Shown: positions 9,219 through 18,895, counted from the stretch's first letter. The stretch: 64,000 nucleotides of DNA from Chloroflexota bacterium (GCA_022573285.1 JACZUF010000008.1:9962-73961), one strand, 5' to 3'. Notes: generated from the letters alone by a model not told the origin. Made by a program: numbers and translations.

Positions 9219-10511
9219 ATGGCAGTAGACAACACCCTGTCGCCCCACGGCGGTGAGCTAATCGAAAGGGTCGCCTCGGCCAACGACGCCGCCCACATTG
9301 CGGCGGGCCTCCCCCGGATTCCCGTGCGCGACAGCATCGCACGAGAGGTGATAAACCTCGCTTACGGTTTCTTTTCTCCCCTCGAAGGGTTCATGGTCCG
9401 CTCTGAAGTGGATTCGGTGGTCCGGAACATGACCCTGAACAACGGGCTGGTTTGGAGCATCCCCATAATTTTCGACATCTCCCGCCGGGCCATGGCGGAG
9501 GCCGGAGTGACCCCCGGAGCGACCCCCGAAGCGACCTCCAGAGTCTCCGTCTTGTTAACCTACCAGGACCAGGCGTTGGCCGTGCTGGAGGTAGCCGAGG
9601 CTTTCTCCTACGACCGGGAATTTATGGCCCAGAACGTTTACGGGACCACGGATCGGGACCACCCCGGCGTAACACGGACCCTGGAGATGGAAGACATGTT
9701 TCTGGGCGGACCGGTGACCCTGGTGAACCCGCCGGTCATCAACCCGCCTTTCGACCGTTTTTGGAAGACGCCACGCCAGTTGCGGGAGCGCTTCTCCGAA
9801 TTGGGTTGGAGCAAGGTGGTGGCCCACCAGACCCGCAACGTGCCCCACGTGGGCCACGAATGGATGATGAAGGGAGCTTTGCTTTCGTCCGAAGCCGATG
9901 GTATCCTTGTCAGCGCTGTAATCGGGGAGAAAAAACCGGGCGATTACATCGATGAGGCCATCGTGCTGGCCCATCACCGGCTGCGGGAGGCCGGATTCTT
10001 CTTGCCCGGCATCCATGAGACCTCCACGCTGATGTGGGACATGCGCTACGCCGGACCGCGGGAGGCGGTGTTCCACGCAATCGTCCGCAAGAACCTGGGT
10101 TGCAGCCATCACATGTTCGGCCGGGACCATGCGGGCGTCGGGAATTACTACGAAACCTACGCCGCTCACAAGGTGTTCGAGAATTTGCCAGACCTAGGAA
10201 TAAAATCCGTGCTGACCCTTGAATGGTGGTACTGCCCGGTGTGTCAGGGAGTCGCCTACGAAGGCCTGTGCGGCCACCGCGACCAGAAGCAGGACCTGGC
10301 GGGCACGGTCATCCGCAGGATTATCGATGGCGGGCAGGAGCCGGCCCCGACAACTTTGAGGTCCGAGATTCTTGAGGTCGTCCGGGAATGCGCCGATAAA
10401 TACAATGCGGGCTCGGCGTTTGTCACCCCGGAATATCTAGAGAACCGGACGCCGGTCATCTCCATGCCTACCCTGGGTTGTTGTACCTGTAGTGAACATC
10501 AGCCTGTGTGA
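9219..10511 (+). CDS. sat: Sulfate adenylyltransferase (ATP sulfurylase)
   Basis: HQTRNVPHVGHEWMM matches the QTRNP-x-HRAH-type motif of ATP sulfurylases. Followed by aprBA. The start is uncertain: ATG 9219 is chosen over GTG 9177 from the track. Confidence 0.85.
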   Translation: MAVDNTLSPHGGELIERVASANDAAHIAAGLPRIPVRDSIAREVINLAYGFFSPLEGFMVRSEVDSVVRNMTLNNGLVWSIPIIFDISRRAMAEAGVTPGATPEATSRVSVLLTYQDQALAVLEVAEAFSYDREFMAQNVYGTTDRDHPGVTRTLEMEDMFLGGPVTLVNPPVINPPFDRFWKTPRQLRERFSELGWSKVVAHQTRNVPHVGHEWMMKGALLSSEADGILVSAVIGEKKPGDYIDEAIVLAHHRLREAGFFLPGIHETSTLMWDMRYAGPREAVFHAIVRKNLGCSHHMFGRDHAGVGNYYETYAAHKVFENLPDLGIKSVLTLEWWYCPVCQGVAYEGLCGHRDQKQDLAGTVIRRIIDGGQEPAPTTLRSEILEVVRECADKYNAGSAFVTPEYLENRTPVISMPTLGCCTCSEHQPV

Positions 10512-10519
10512 TTATTAAT

Positions 10520-10550
10520 CCCCCGCTCCTCAGCCAGCGGGGGTTTTTTT
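10520..10550 (+). terminator. Rho-independent terminator between sat and aprB
   Basis: CCCCCGCT (10520-27), an 8-nt loop, AGCGGGGG (10536-43), then TTTTTTT (10544-50). Begins 9 nt after the sat stop. Confidence 0.8.
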
Positions 10551-10605
10551 ATGAGCGTCTGAGTCTGAAAATCGACTTGAATGACCGGCCGATAGGAGGA
10601 CGGGA

Positions 10606-11052
10606 ATGCCGACCTACGTAGACCCCAACGCATGCAACGCCTGCGAGGGCGAGCACCAGGGTCCGCTCTGCGTTTATATCTGCCCCAACGACCTGATGGT
10701 TTTGGATGTGGACGCCAACAAGGGGTTCAACCAAGAACCGGAGATGTGCTCGGAGTGTTACGCCTGCGTCAAATTGTGCCCTGAAGAGGCCATCCACGTC
10801 CGCGGGTATGCGGACTTTGTCCCCATGGGCGCGGAGGTCCAGCCGCATCGGACCGAAGACGGGCTGCGCTGGAATGTCCGTTTCCGGGACGGGCGCACAT
10901 TCGAGTTTACCTACCAGTCGCGGACCAAGCCCGAGGGCTCGGTGGTCCTGTTCGAGGGATTCACCGAAGACCGGCAAAACGATCTCAGGAACCAGAGCTT
11001 GGCCGGAGACTCCCTGTGGCTGGGCGTCGACAGATTGCCCACGCCCAATTAG
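10606..11052 (+). CDS. aprB: Adenylylsulfate (APS) reductase beta subunit
   Basis: 148 aa starting MPTYVDPNACNACEG...LCVYICPNDLM...CSECYACVKLCP (two ferredoxin-type Cys clusters plus the AprB tail). GGAGG RBS upstream. Confidence 0.9.
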   Translation: MPTYVDPNACNACEGEHQGPLCVYICPNDLMVLDVDANKGFNQEPEMCSECYACVKLCPEEAIHVRGYADFVPMGAEVQPHRTEDGLRWNVRFRDGRTFEFTYQSRTKPEGSVVLFEGFTEDRQNDLRNQSLAGDSLWLGVDRLPTPN

Positions 11053-11096
11053 TGGCCGCCGCATAACCCGGTAATCAAGAGCTTGGAGCGCCTGTT

Positions 11097-12962
11097 TTGA
11101 CCCTTCCTACCACAGAAACCATCGATTGCGACATCCTGATCATCGGCGGAGGAATGGCCGGCTGCGGGGCGGCGTTCGAGGCGAAATACTGGAGCGGCGA
11201 CCTTCGCGTTGTCATGGTGGAAAAGGCCGCCATCGAGCGGAGCGGCGCCACCGGAGAGGGGCTCTCCGCCATCAACTGCTACATGGGCCAGCGCTACGGC
11301 TGGAATACCCCGGAAGACTTCGTCAATTATGTCGTGAACGACATGATGGGACTGGCCCGGGAAGACTTGGTCTACGACGTGGGACGCCACGTCGATAGCT
11401 CCGTCCACCTCCTAGAGGAGTGGGGGCTGCCCGTCTGGAAAAAGGACAATGGCGAATACGAGCGCATCGGCCGGTGGCAGATCCCAATTCACGGCGAGGC
11501 GATCAAGCCCATCGCCGCCGAGCCGGCGCGGAAAGCCATTGGGCCCGAAAACCTTTTCGAACGGGTCTCCGTCACCCATCTGCTGACCGACGCCGACGAC
11601 CCGCAGAAGATCGCGGGCGCGGTCGGATTCGCGGTGCGGGAAAACAAGTTCTACGTCTTCCGGGCCAAGGCCGTCATAGTCGCTTCCGGAGGCGCCTCCA
11701 ACGTCTTTCGTCCCCGTTCAGTGGGCGAGGGGTTGGGGCGGACCTGGTACTCGGTGTTCGCCACCGGGTCCGCCTACGGTCTGATGATTCCCATCGGGAC
11801 CGAAATGACACAGATGGAACACCGTTTCGTGCCCACCCGGTTCAAAGACGGGTATGGGCCCGTGGGAATGTGGTTCCAATATTTCCACGCCAAGGTACTC
11901 AACTCCAAGGGCGAAGATTACACCGTCACCCGTGCCGACGAACTGAAGAAGTACGAGCCCTACGGCTCCGCCATCCCCACTCCCACTCCACTCCGGAACC
12001 ACCAGATGTTCATGGACATCAGAGACGGCCTCGGACCCATGTATATGCGGACCGACGAGGCGATGAAGAAATTGGCCGGCGGCGACCCCGCCAAGATGGA
12101 CAAGGTGCGTGACGAGGCCTGGGAAGACTTCCTGGACATGACCATCGCCCAGGCGCTGACCTGGGCATCCCAAAACATAGCGCCGGAGGAAACGGCGTCC
12201 GAAGTCGTGCTGGCCGAGCCCTACATCATGGGTTCCCACTCCGGGGAGGCGGGCGCATGGTGCAGCGGCCCGGAAGACATCGCAACCGGCGAATATTTCT
12301 GGGGCTACAACCGCATGACGACCATTGACGGCCTGTTCGCCGCGGGCGACGGGGTGGGCGCCGCACCCCATAAATTCTCGTCCGGCTCCTTCACCGAGGG
12401 CCGCATAGCCGCCAAGGCCGCCGTCAGCTACGTGGGCGATAACCCCGGCGCTCCGTCCGTGAGCGACGCCAGCGTCCGCGGCATCCAGGAGACCATCTGG
12501 GCGCCTCTCGAAACCTTTGACAAACACAAGGGCGCCTCCTCGGCGGAAGAGATAAACCCCAACTATATGACGCCGAAACAAGGACTGGTCCGGCTCCAGA
12601 AGATCATGGACGAATACGGCGGGGGCGTATCAGCCTGGTACACCACCAACGGGCCAACCCTCGAAAGGGGCATCGAGTTGATCGAGATGTTTCGCGAGGA
12701 CCTGACCCACCTCGCGGCCCGGAACCGGCACGAATTGATGCGGTGCTGGGAGTTGGTCCACCGGACCTGGGTGGGCGAGGCCCACCTGAGGCATCTGCTG
12801 TACCGCGAAGAAACCCGGTGGCCAGGATATTACTACCGGTCCGACTTCCCCGACCTTGACGACGCCAAGTGGCGGGTATTCGTCAACTCCAAGTTCGACG
12901 CGGCCAACAATAGCTGGAATCTGCTGACTCGGCCCTACAAGAACATCATCACGTCGATCTGA
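11097..12962 (+). CDS. aprA: Adenylylsulfate (APS) reductase alpha subunit (FAD)
   Basis: 621 aa with ...CDILIIGGGMAGCGAAFEA... FAD fold. Size and context directly after aprB fit. Apparent TTG start. Confidence 0.9.
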   Translation: MTLPTTETIDCDILIIGGGMAGCGAAFEAKYWSGDLRVVMVEKAAIERSGATGEGLSAINCYMGQRYGWNTPEDFVNYVVNDMMGLAREDLVYDVGRHVDSSVHLLEEWGLPVWKKDNGEYERIGRWQIPIHGEAIKPIAAEPARKAIGPENLFERVSVTHLLTDADDPQKIAGAVGFAVRENKFYVFRAKAVIVASGGASNVFRPRSVGEGLGRTWYSVFATGSAYGLMIPIGTEMTQMEHRFVPTRFKDGYGPVGMWFQYFHAKVLNSKGEDYTVTRADELKKYEPYGSAIPTPTPLRNHQMFMDIRDGLGPMYMRTDEAMKKLAGGDPAKMDKVRDEAWEDFLDMTIAQALTWASQNIAPEETASEVVLAEPYIMGSHSGEAGAWCSGPEDIATGEYFWGYNRMTTIDGLFAAGDGVGAAPHKFSSGSFTEGRIAAKAAVSYVGDNPGAPSVSDASVRGIQETIWAPLETFDKHKGASSAEEINPNYMTPKQGLVRLQKIMDEYGGGVSAWYTTNGPTLERGIELIEMFREDLTHLAARNRHELMRCWELVHRTWVGEAHLRHLLYREETRWPGYYYRSDFPDLDDAKWRVFVNSKFDAANNSWNLLTRPYKNIITSI

Positions 12963-13111
12963 TTTCGGAGACCGGCAGCCAGCCATATCGCCTCCCCTGA
13001 CACCAGCCGGTACCGCCGGTGACCGGTGAGCCTCCGGCGGTATACAATTGGATGCCACGCAATTGTGCATAGGATCAAGGACACAAGACCGACTTTGGGG
13101 GGTGGACCGCT

Positions 13112-14500
13112 ATGTTCATCGAAACGATTAGGATCGAGAGCCTATCCAACAACAGCTACGTGGTCGGTTCTGAACAATCTGGACGGTGCATCGTCATCGA
13201 CCCAGCCCGGGACGTCGATCAATACGTCCAGATCGCGGCCAACCACGGGACGCGGATCGTCTACGCCTTCGAGACCCACGTCCACAACGACTTCGTCTCC
13301 GGCGCCCGTGAACTGGCCGACCAGACCGGTTGCCAGGTGGGAGCCAGCGCCTCCGGAGGGCTTTTGTTCCCGTCAATCCGCCTTCAGGACAACGACGAGT
13401 TCGACCTGGGCGAGTTCCAGATTCGAATCATGCACACCCCCGGCCACACGCCGGAAAGCATCTCGTTCATCGTAGAAGAGCAGGGCCAGCCCACGGCCAT
13501 CTTCACCGGCGGTGCCCTGTTGATGGGCGGCGCGGCCCGCGTCGACCTGTTGGGCGCCAAGGTCGCGCCCTTCTTGGCCCGGTGGCTGCACAACACCATT
13601 CACGAAAAACTATTGAAGCTGCCCGACGACGTTCAGGTCTACCCGACCCACGGCGGAGGATCTTTCTGCTCGACGGCGGCCGGCGGCGGCACCGTGCCCA
13701 CCACCATCGCCCACGAGCGGCTGACCAACCCCTTCGCCGCCGAAGTTGAAGAGTCCAGCTTTGTAAAGTTCGCCCTCACTGGCCTGGGCTCCTATCCCAG
13801 CTACTACAAATACATGGCCGACATCAACCGCCGGGGCCCGGACATCCTGGGAGGCGTACCCCGGCTGGCTTCCTTGACCGCCCTCTCCGTCCGTAGCCAC
13901 CTGGATGGCGACGCAGTATTGGTCGATGCCCGGCCGGAGCGCAATTTCAACACCGGGCACGTGCCAGGCTCCTACGCCGTGCCCCACGGCAACAGCATGG
14001 CGACCTGGGTCGGCTGGGTGGTGCCCTGGGGAAAGCCCCTGGTGCTGCTTTCCGCCGACGCCAGCCACCACGACGATATGGTGCGGCAGTTGATCCGCAT
14101 CGGCTTTGACCGGCTCCACGGTTTCTTGTCCGGCGGCATCGACGCGTGGGGATCGGCCGGTCTCCCGGTCGAAAAAACCAGCGTGCTGGATTTGGATGAT
14201 CTCAAACAAGCCCAGGACCTGCCGGCCGCGCCAATGATTATTGACGTCCGTCAACGCAACGAGTACGCCGGAGGCCATATCCCCGGCGCGCTGAACATCG
14301 AACTGGGCGAGCTCCAGGACCACCTGGACGGCCTGCCCCGGGAACTCCCCGTGGTGACGGTGTGCGCCGCCGGGATGCGGGCCACCACCGCAGGCAGCAT
14401 CCTGCAGCGGGACGGCCGGGAGAACGTGCAGGTGGTGGACGAAGCCGGCACCCCGGCCTGGATCGAGCGCGGTTACCCGTCGGAGACCGGCGAAGAATAA
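13112..14500 (+). CDS. MBL-fold metallo-hydrolase fused to two rhodanese domains (persulfide-dioxygenase/sulfurtransferase-like)
   Basis: N-terminal metallo-beta-lactamase motif ETHVHNDFVSG...HTPGHTPES. C-terminal rhodanese with active-site loop VCAAGMRAT. Confidence 0.8.
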   Translation: MFIETIRIESLSNNSYVVGSEQSGRCIVIDPARDVDQYVQIAANHGTRIVYAFETHVHNDFVSGARELADQTGCQVGASASGGLLFPSIRLQDNDEFDLGEFQIRIMHTPGHTPESISFIVEEQGQPTAIFTGGALLMGGAARVDLLGAKVAPFLARWLHNTIHEKLLKLPDDVQVYPTHGGGSFCSTAAGGGTVPTTIAHERLTNPFAAEVEESSFVKFALTGLGSYPSYYKYMADINRRGPDILGGVPRLASLTALSVRSHLDGDAVLVDARPERNFNTGHVPGSYAVPHGNSMATWVGWVVPWGKPLVLLSADASHHDDMVRQLIRIGFDRLHGFLSGGIDAWGSAGLPVEKTSVLDLDDLKQAQDLPAAPMIIDVRQRNEYAGGHIPGALNIELGELQDHLDGLPRELPVVTVCAAGMRATTAGSILQRDGRENVQVVDEAGTPAWIERGYPSETGEE

Positions 14501-14537
14501 CCGTCTCCGGTTTCCAGCCGCGGGAGACGAGGCGCGC

Positions 14538-14564
14538 AGGGGCACGGCATTGCCGTGCCCCTAC
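14538..14564. repeat. REP-like palindrome (GTAGGGGCACGGC-AAT-GCCGTGCCCCTAC family, inverted copy)
   Basis: aggggcacggcattgccgtgcccctac lies between the convergent MBL-rhodanese and rhomboid genes. Same palindrome as at 24832. Confidence 0.8.
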
Positions 14565-14613
14565 ATACCAAAGATCAGCCTCTCTGAGGTCCAGAAAAAC
14601 ATTGGCCGGCCGG

Positions 14614-15408
14614 TTAGTCTCTGGGCCGGCCGGCTTGGTACCAGTGGTCCCATGGGTTGCCTCCCGAACGTCCCCTTCCAGGGAACAGCGGTTCCCTGAC
14701 GGCCAATTTGTATAACACGGCCAACGCCATGCCCGCCACGAAGCCGCCGATGTGGGCGAAGAACGCCACGCTTACCGAGTCCGCCAGACCCACCGACAAA
14801 CTTCCTTGTATCAACTGCCAGACGAACCAGGCCCCCAGGAGCCACACGGCCCGCATCTCCACCACCGTGATCAGATAGAAGATTATCAGGGCCTTGACCT
14901 TGTTATTGGGGTAGATCATCAGGTAGGCGCCCAACACCCCGGATATGGCGCCGCTGGCGCCGATCAAGGGGACCTGAGAATCGGTACTGATGGCCCACTG
15001 GCTCAGGGTGGCGGCGGCACCGACCAGCAGATAGAAAACCAGGTACTTGACGTGGCCCAGACGGTCTTCGATGTTGTCGCCGAACACCCAGAGGAACATC
15101 ATGTTGCCGGCCAGGTGTATGAAGCCGCCGTGGATGAACATCGACGTGAAGATGGTTGCCTCCGTAGGAACCGGCGTCTCGATGTCCACGATCCGTGAGA
15201 TAAAAGGTTCTCCGGAAGTCAGCTCCTGAGCGATGAACCCCCATTTGAAGAAAAACACGTCCAGGTTCAGCCCGCCGCCGCCGGTGAGAGTCCCGAGGCC
15301 GCCCAGGGAAATCTCGTAGAGAAATACCAGGACACTGATGCCGATGAGGGCTGCGTTTACGTAGGGAAAGGTCTGGTGGCGGACGCTGGCGTCGGAAAAA
15401 GGAAACAA
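14614..15408 (-). CDS. Rhomboid-family intramembrane serine protease
   Basis: Multi-TM 264-aa ORF with GASGAISGVLGAY (GxSG catalytic Ser) and HIGGFVAG (catalytic His) motifs. Confidence 0.85.
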   Translation of the reverse strand: MFPFSDASVRHQTFPYVNAALIGISVLVFLYEISLGGLGTLTGGGGLNLDVFFFKWGFIAQELTSGEPFISRIVDIETPVPTEATIFTSMFIHGGFIHLAGNMMFLWVFGDNIEDRLGHVKYLVFYLLVGAAATLSQWAISTDSQVPLIGASGAISGVLGAYLMIYPNNKVKALIIFYLITVVEMRAVWLLGAWFVWQLIQGSLSVGLADSVSVAFFAHIGGFVAGMALAVLYKLAVREPLFPGRGRSGGNPWDHWYQAGRPRD

Positions 15409-15509
15409 CTATAGGCCACCATTCCGGCCAAAATTATCAAAATTATCAATAGGGGAACGGGCGACACCCGTTCCCCTATTGGCCGGTCTCCGGTTTGGCC
15501 TGCCCAAGA

Positions 15510-16211
15510 TCAAGAGGTCAGGTCACCTGCTGCGCGGGTGATAACCTCCGCCGCGGTTTTGGTAGTCATCTTTCCCATGTTCAACATCATGTGGTAATGA
15601 CTGGCCTCATTGGGATGGACCTTCCAGAACTTCTGCACGAAGTCCTCCCGGGCCCGTTCCAACTCCACCACGTGGATCTCGGCCTCTTCCCGTTCGAAGT
15701 GCTCCCGGGCAATCAAGGTCTCGACCCGCACCTCCAGGGGCGCCAGCAAACCAACGTGCAGGGTCTGGGGCGCGTCGGCCAGAATCTGGTTGGCGCCGCG
15801 GCCAATGATCACTGCGTTGCCCTGTTTGTGGATGTCCTTCACGACCTTGGTCATGGCCTCGATGAAGGTCTTGTCGTCCACCTTTTGGGTCACGCCGCCT
15901 CCCTCGCCGGTCAGGTCCATGTAGGTCTCGGGAGGCAGGTTCTCGATGCCCCGGCCGAAGTAGGGCTCGCCGCTCACGCCGGACATAGCGGAGCGTTCCA
16001 GCATGGTCTGAACGAACCGGCCCAAGCGGTCGCGGAACCGGTCCACTCGCTGTTCCTTGGCGATGAGGGCGCCCACCGGGGTGCCGACTATGCGCGCCGC
16101 CTCGGTGAAAATCATGCGGTCAACGAAGTTCAGTTTCAGTTCTTCGGCTACCATCTGGCCGATGGTGACCGCTCCGCATCCAATGGGGCCGTTAATGGTA
16201 ATTACTGGCAT
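15510..16211 (-). CDS. Cytidylate-kinase-like family protein (P-loop NTPase)
   Basis: MPVITINGPIGCGAVTIGQMVAEEL... plus the 233-aa length match the cytidylate kinase-like (Cytidylate_kin2) family as I recall it. Confidence 0.65.
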   Translation of the reverse strand: MPVITINGPIGCGAVTIGQMVAEELKLNFVDRMIFTEAARIVGTPVGALIAKEQRVDRFRDRLGRFVQTMLERSAMSGVSGEPYFGRGIENLPPETYMDLTGEGGGVTQKVDDKTFIEAMTKVVKDIHKQGNAVIIGRGANQILADAPQTLHVGLLAPLEVRVETLIAREHFEREEAEIHVVELERAREDFVQKFWKVHPNEASHYHMMLNMGKMTTKTAAEVITRAAGDLTS

Positions 16212-16278
16212 TACTGGTCCCTCCGAATATTCAGGTTGGCGTGCCCTGCAGGAGGCCGGACCGTTGATATTAAGGGGC

Positions 16279-16860
16279 CTAACTGACTGTGGTCTCCATC
16301 AGCCTGGCACGGCGTCTGGGATATTCGTCAGCCAGCAGACCGAGAATGGCGGAGTCGTACCACTCGTTATTCTTGCGGTGGGTCTTGCGCAGATGCCCTT
16401 CCAGAACGAATCCCACGTGTTGGGCCATCTGCATGCCGGGCTCGTTATACTCGGGGATATCGACCCAGACGCGGTGGAGCCCCAAGGGGCCGAAGGCATG
16501 GTCCAACAGGCCAATGAGCGCGCTGGTGCCGTAATGATGGTGCCAAAGGTCCTTGCGGCCCACCAAGAGGTCGGCTCGGGCCTCCAGCAGCGGCCGTTCG
16601 ACCAGCAGTTGCCCTTCTCCTATGTGCTCGCCGTCTGCCGTGTAAACGGAGAAGATGGTGCGGTTCTCGTCATTGAAGACCTGGTCCCATTCATCGGGAC
16701 CTCCGGCTAGGACAGCTTCCGGAGTGTAACCGGTATGGAGGGGTTTGCCGTCATCCCCAACGCCGTACCAGACCGCATTAACCTCGGGATCGTTGAGCCA
16801 TTCAGCCAGGCGCTGAACATCTTCACGAGTGGGCGTTACCAGTGTCACCTCTGGGAACAT
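16279..16860 (-). CDS. GNAT-family N-acetyltransferase (RimJ/RimL-like)
   Basis: 193 aa with ...GLHRVWVDIPEYNEPGMQMAQHVGFVLEGHLRK... typical of the GNAT acetyl-CoA binding core. Confidence 0.7.
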   Translation of the reverse strand: MFPEVTLVTPTREDVQRLAEWLNDPEVNAVWYGVGDDGKPLHTGYTPEAVLAGGPDEWDQVFNDENRTIFSVYTADGEHIGEGQLLVERPLLEARADLLVGRKDLWHHHYGTSALIGLLDHAFGPLGLHRVWVDIPEYNEPGMQMAQHVGFVLEGHLRKTHRKNNEWYDSAILGLLADEYPRRRARLMETTVS

Positions 16861-17048
16861 ATCGCACCCCCAAAATTAATGGGCGAAATTGAGATTCCTG
16901 CAGGTGCCGCCGAGCCTATCCCTCACTATCACCTTTCGGGATAATCATCATTATAACAACGCCTGGTTATGGACGCAATTTGCAAATTTCGGCCTGTCCA
17001 GGCCCCGCTCCGCTGCCGCCTGCAATTGGCTGGTCACTCCGTAATTTG

Positions 17049-17069
17049 CCGCGTAGTATACTCCTGTGA
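17049..17069 (+). promoter_or_regulatory. Conserved 21-nt motif CCGCGTAGTATACTCC(T/A)GTGA (copy 1), containing the palindrome AGTATACT
   Basis: Identical 16-mer plus GTGA also occurs at 18875..18895. This copy is 65 nt upstream of the methyltransferase ATG. Confidence 0.45.
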
Positions 17070-17133
17070 TTCTCGGATGCAATCGGATGAGGATACCCAA
17101 TGCGGGAGAAAAACCCGAAGGGAGGCTGCCTTA

Positions 17134-17988
17134 ATGGCACTGGAACGTGAACCGTCGTCCGAGAAGCAGATAGACGACGATGCCGTCAAGCGCTATTTCG
17201 ATGGCGCCGGCGGTACGGCTCCCGCCGCGATGAGCGTGATGTCCCATGAGCACAATCTGCCATCGAGTGCCGTTGAGTATCGGCTAAGCAAGGAATTAGG
17301 AACGATCGGCCCATGGCTCGACACAGTGGCCCAATCCGGGCGAGTGCTTGACGTCGGTTGCGGCGCCGGAGCGTGGGTCGAAATTTTCGCCCACCGTTAC
17401 CGGTCCGCCGTAGGGGTCGAGCGCAGCCCCCTGATGGTCGAAGCCGCCAAAGAGCGGGTGGCCCACCTGTCGAACGCTGAGGTTTACCAAGGGGACGGCC
17501 GGCAAGACCTGCCGGACGGGCCCTTTGAACTGATCTTCCTGGGCGGTCTCATGATGTACCAGGGGGACACCGATGTGGTGGAGCTACTGCACAGCTTGAA
17601 ATCGCGTCTCAGCGACGGGGGCACGATCATTCTCCGGGAGTCCACGGTGAGAAGAGGGGCGCTAGCTCTCAAAGGCGATTACCAGGTGGTCTACCGCAGC
17701 GTTGACGTGTACCAAAAGCTGTTTGAGGAGGCCGGGATCCAAAACGTGGAAGTACGTCGAAACTTCGGATACACCTGTTTGGTGATAGCCGAGGAGCTGA
17801 TCGACCTCCGCCGCAAATGGCTGCCGTTCTTGCCCAAGGACTCTCTTCTGCTCGGCTCTGTTACCTGGTCGGCGCTGAGAGCGGCCACCCCAATCAGCTT
17901 CTGGGCGTTACCGCAAGCGCTTTCCCGCCTGAATGTCCCCTGGCCTAAACTTCAAAACCACTTCTTTAGGCTACAGCCTCTGGACTAG
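17134..17988 (+). CDS. Class I SAM-dependent methyltransferase
   Basis: VLDVGCGAGAWVEIFA (motif I). ATG 17134 is preceded by GGGAGG, so the track start at 16969 is probably too far upstream. Confidence 0.75.
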   Translation: MALEREPSSEKQIDDDAVKRYFDGAGGTAPAAMSVMSHEHNLPSSAVEYRLSKELGTIGPWLDTVAQSGRVLDVGCGAGAWVEIFAHRYRSAVGVERSPLMVEAAKERVAHLSNAEVYQGDGRQDLPDGPFELIFLGGLMMYQGDTDVVELLHSLKSRLSDGGTIILRESTVRRGALALKGDYQVVYRSVDVYQKLFEEAGIQNVEVRRNFGYTCLVIAEELIDLRRKWLPFLPKDSLLLGSVTWSALRAATPISFWALPQALSRLNVPWPKLQNHFFRLQPLD

Positions 17989-18098
17989 CGCTTAAACCTG
18001 TGATCGGATGTCCCCGGCAACGCTGCAGCCCTGGTGCCGGTGCGCCGATGGCCGTCGCTGAATTTCCCGCACCTGCGGACTTCCCGGAAGCGGTTAAG

Positions 18099-18782
18099 CT
18101 ATTGGGTCCACAGGATATAAGAGTAACCGCCGGTCGCCATCACCGCATAGACCGTAAAGACGTAGTACCAGATTCGGCCCACCTTGCGGGTGCGGAACGG
18201 CGCTACATGTAAGAACGCCATTACCACGATGGCAACGTAGAGAGTAGCCACAAAGGCATTGTGGCTCAGGAAACTCTCCAAGAAGAAGACCATCGAAACC
18301 ACGATCGGTGAATTGTCTATCGTTATCCCTGCATAGGTGCCGTTACTATCCACGCCGAACACGTCGAAGTACGCCAGACGAAGCACGCCAGCCATGATGA
18401 TCGCCAATGCTCCCGGATAGGCCCAGGCGCTGAAATCCGAAATACTAAGTAGGAGGATCGCCGGACCCACCGCAGAGGTGACGAGGTCCACCAGAGAATC
18501 CATGTGGGCCCCGATCGATTTGTAGGCCTCGCTTCTTCCCGGCATCGCGCGGGCGACCACCCCGTCGTACCAATCGAAGATAACGGCCCAGAGCATCGCG
18601 ATAATCGCTGCCGGGTAATTCTGTTCCAGCGCGAAGAATATTCCGAGAACCCCGCTGCAAAGCCCCAACAGGGTAACGATGTTGGCCCAGTCGACAACGA
18701 AAGAAAGGATGACGGGCATCTGAGAATCGCCAGACTCAGGCCCGACTCGGCTCTCCCTCAATTCTGAATCAATGTCATCCAT
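18099..18782 (-). CDS. CDP-alcohol phosphatidyltransferase family protein
   Basis: FDWYDGVVARAM...GAHMDSLVDLV fits D-x2-DG-x2-AR...G-x3-D-x3-D. Polytopic membrane protein. Confidence 0.8.
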   Translation of the reverse strand: MDDIDSELRESRVGPESGDSQMPVILSFVVDWANIVTLLGLCSGVLGIFFALEQNYPAAIIAMLWAVIFDWYDGVVARAMPGRSEAYKSIGAHMDSLVDLVTSAVGPAILLLSISDFSAWAYPGALAIIMAGVLRLAYFDVFGVDSNGTYAGITIDNSPIVVSMVFFLESFLSHNAFVATLYVAIVVMAFLHVAPFRTRKVGRIWYYVFTVYAVMATGGYSYILWTQ

Positions 18783-18874
18783 CTTCCGCCTTTCTTTCGT
18801 CTGTCTTCAGTCCGGCTCCTGCGTTTGAACCGGCAGAATTCCAACCCGTGGTCCATTGGGCGCTCCGCAATATC

Positions 18875-18895
18875 CCGCGTAGTATACTCCAGTGA
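18875..18895 (+). promoter_or_regulatory. Conserved 21-nt motif CCGCGTAGTATACTCC(T/A)GTGA (copy 2)
   Basis: Same motif as 17049..17069. It ends 32 nt upstream of the aldolase ATG at 18928. Confidence 0.45.
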
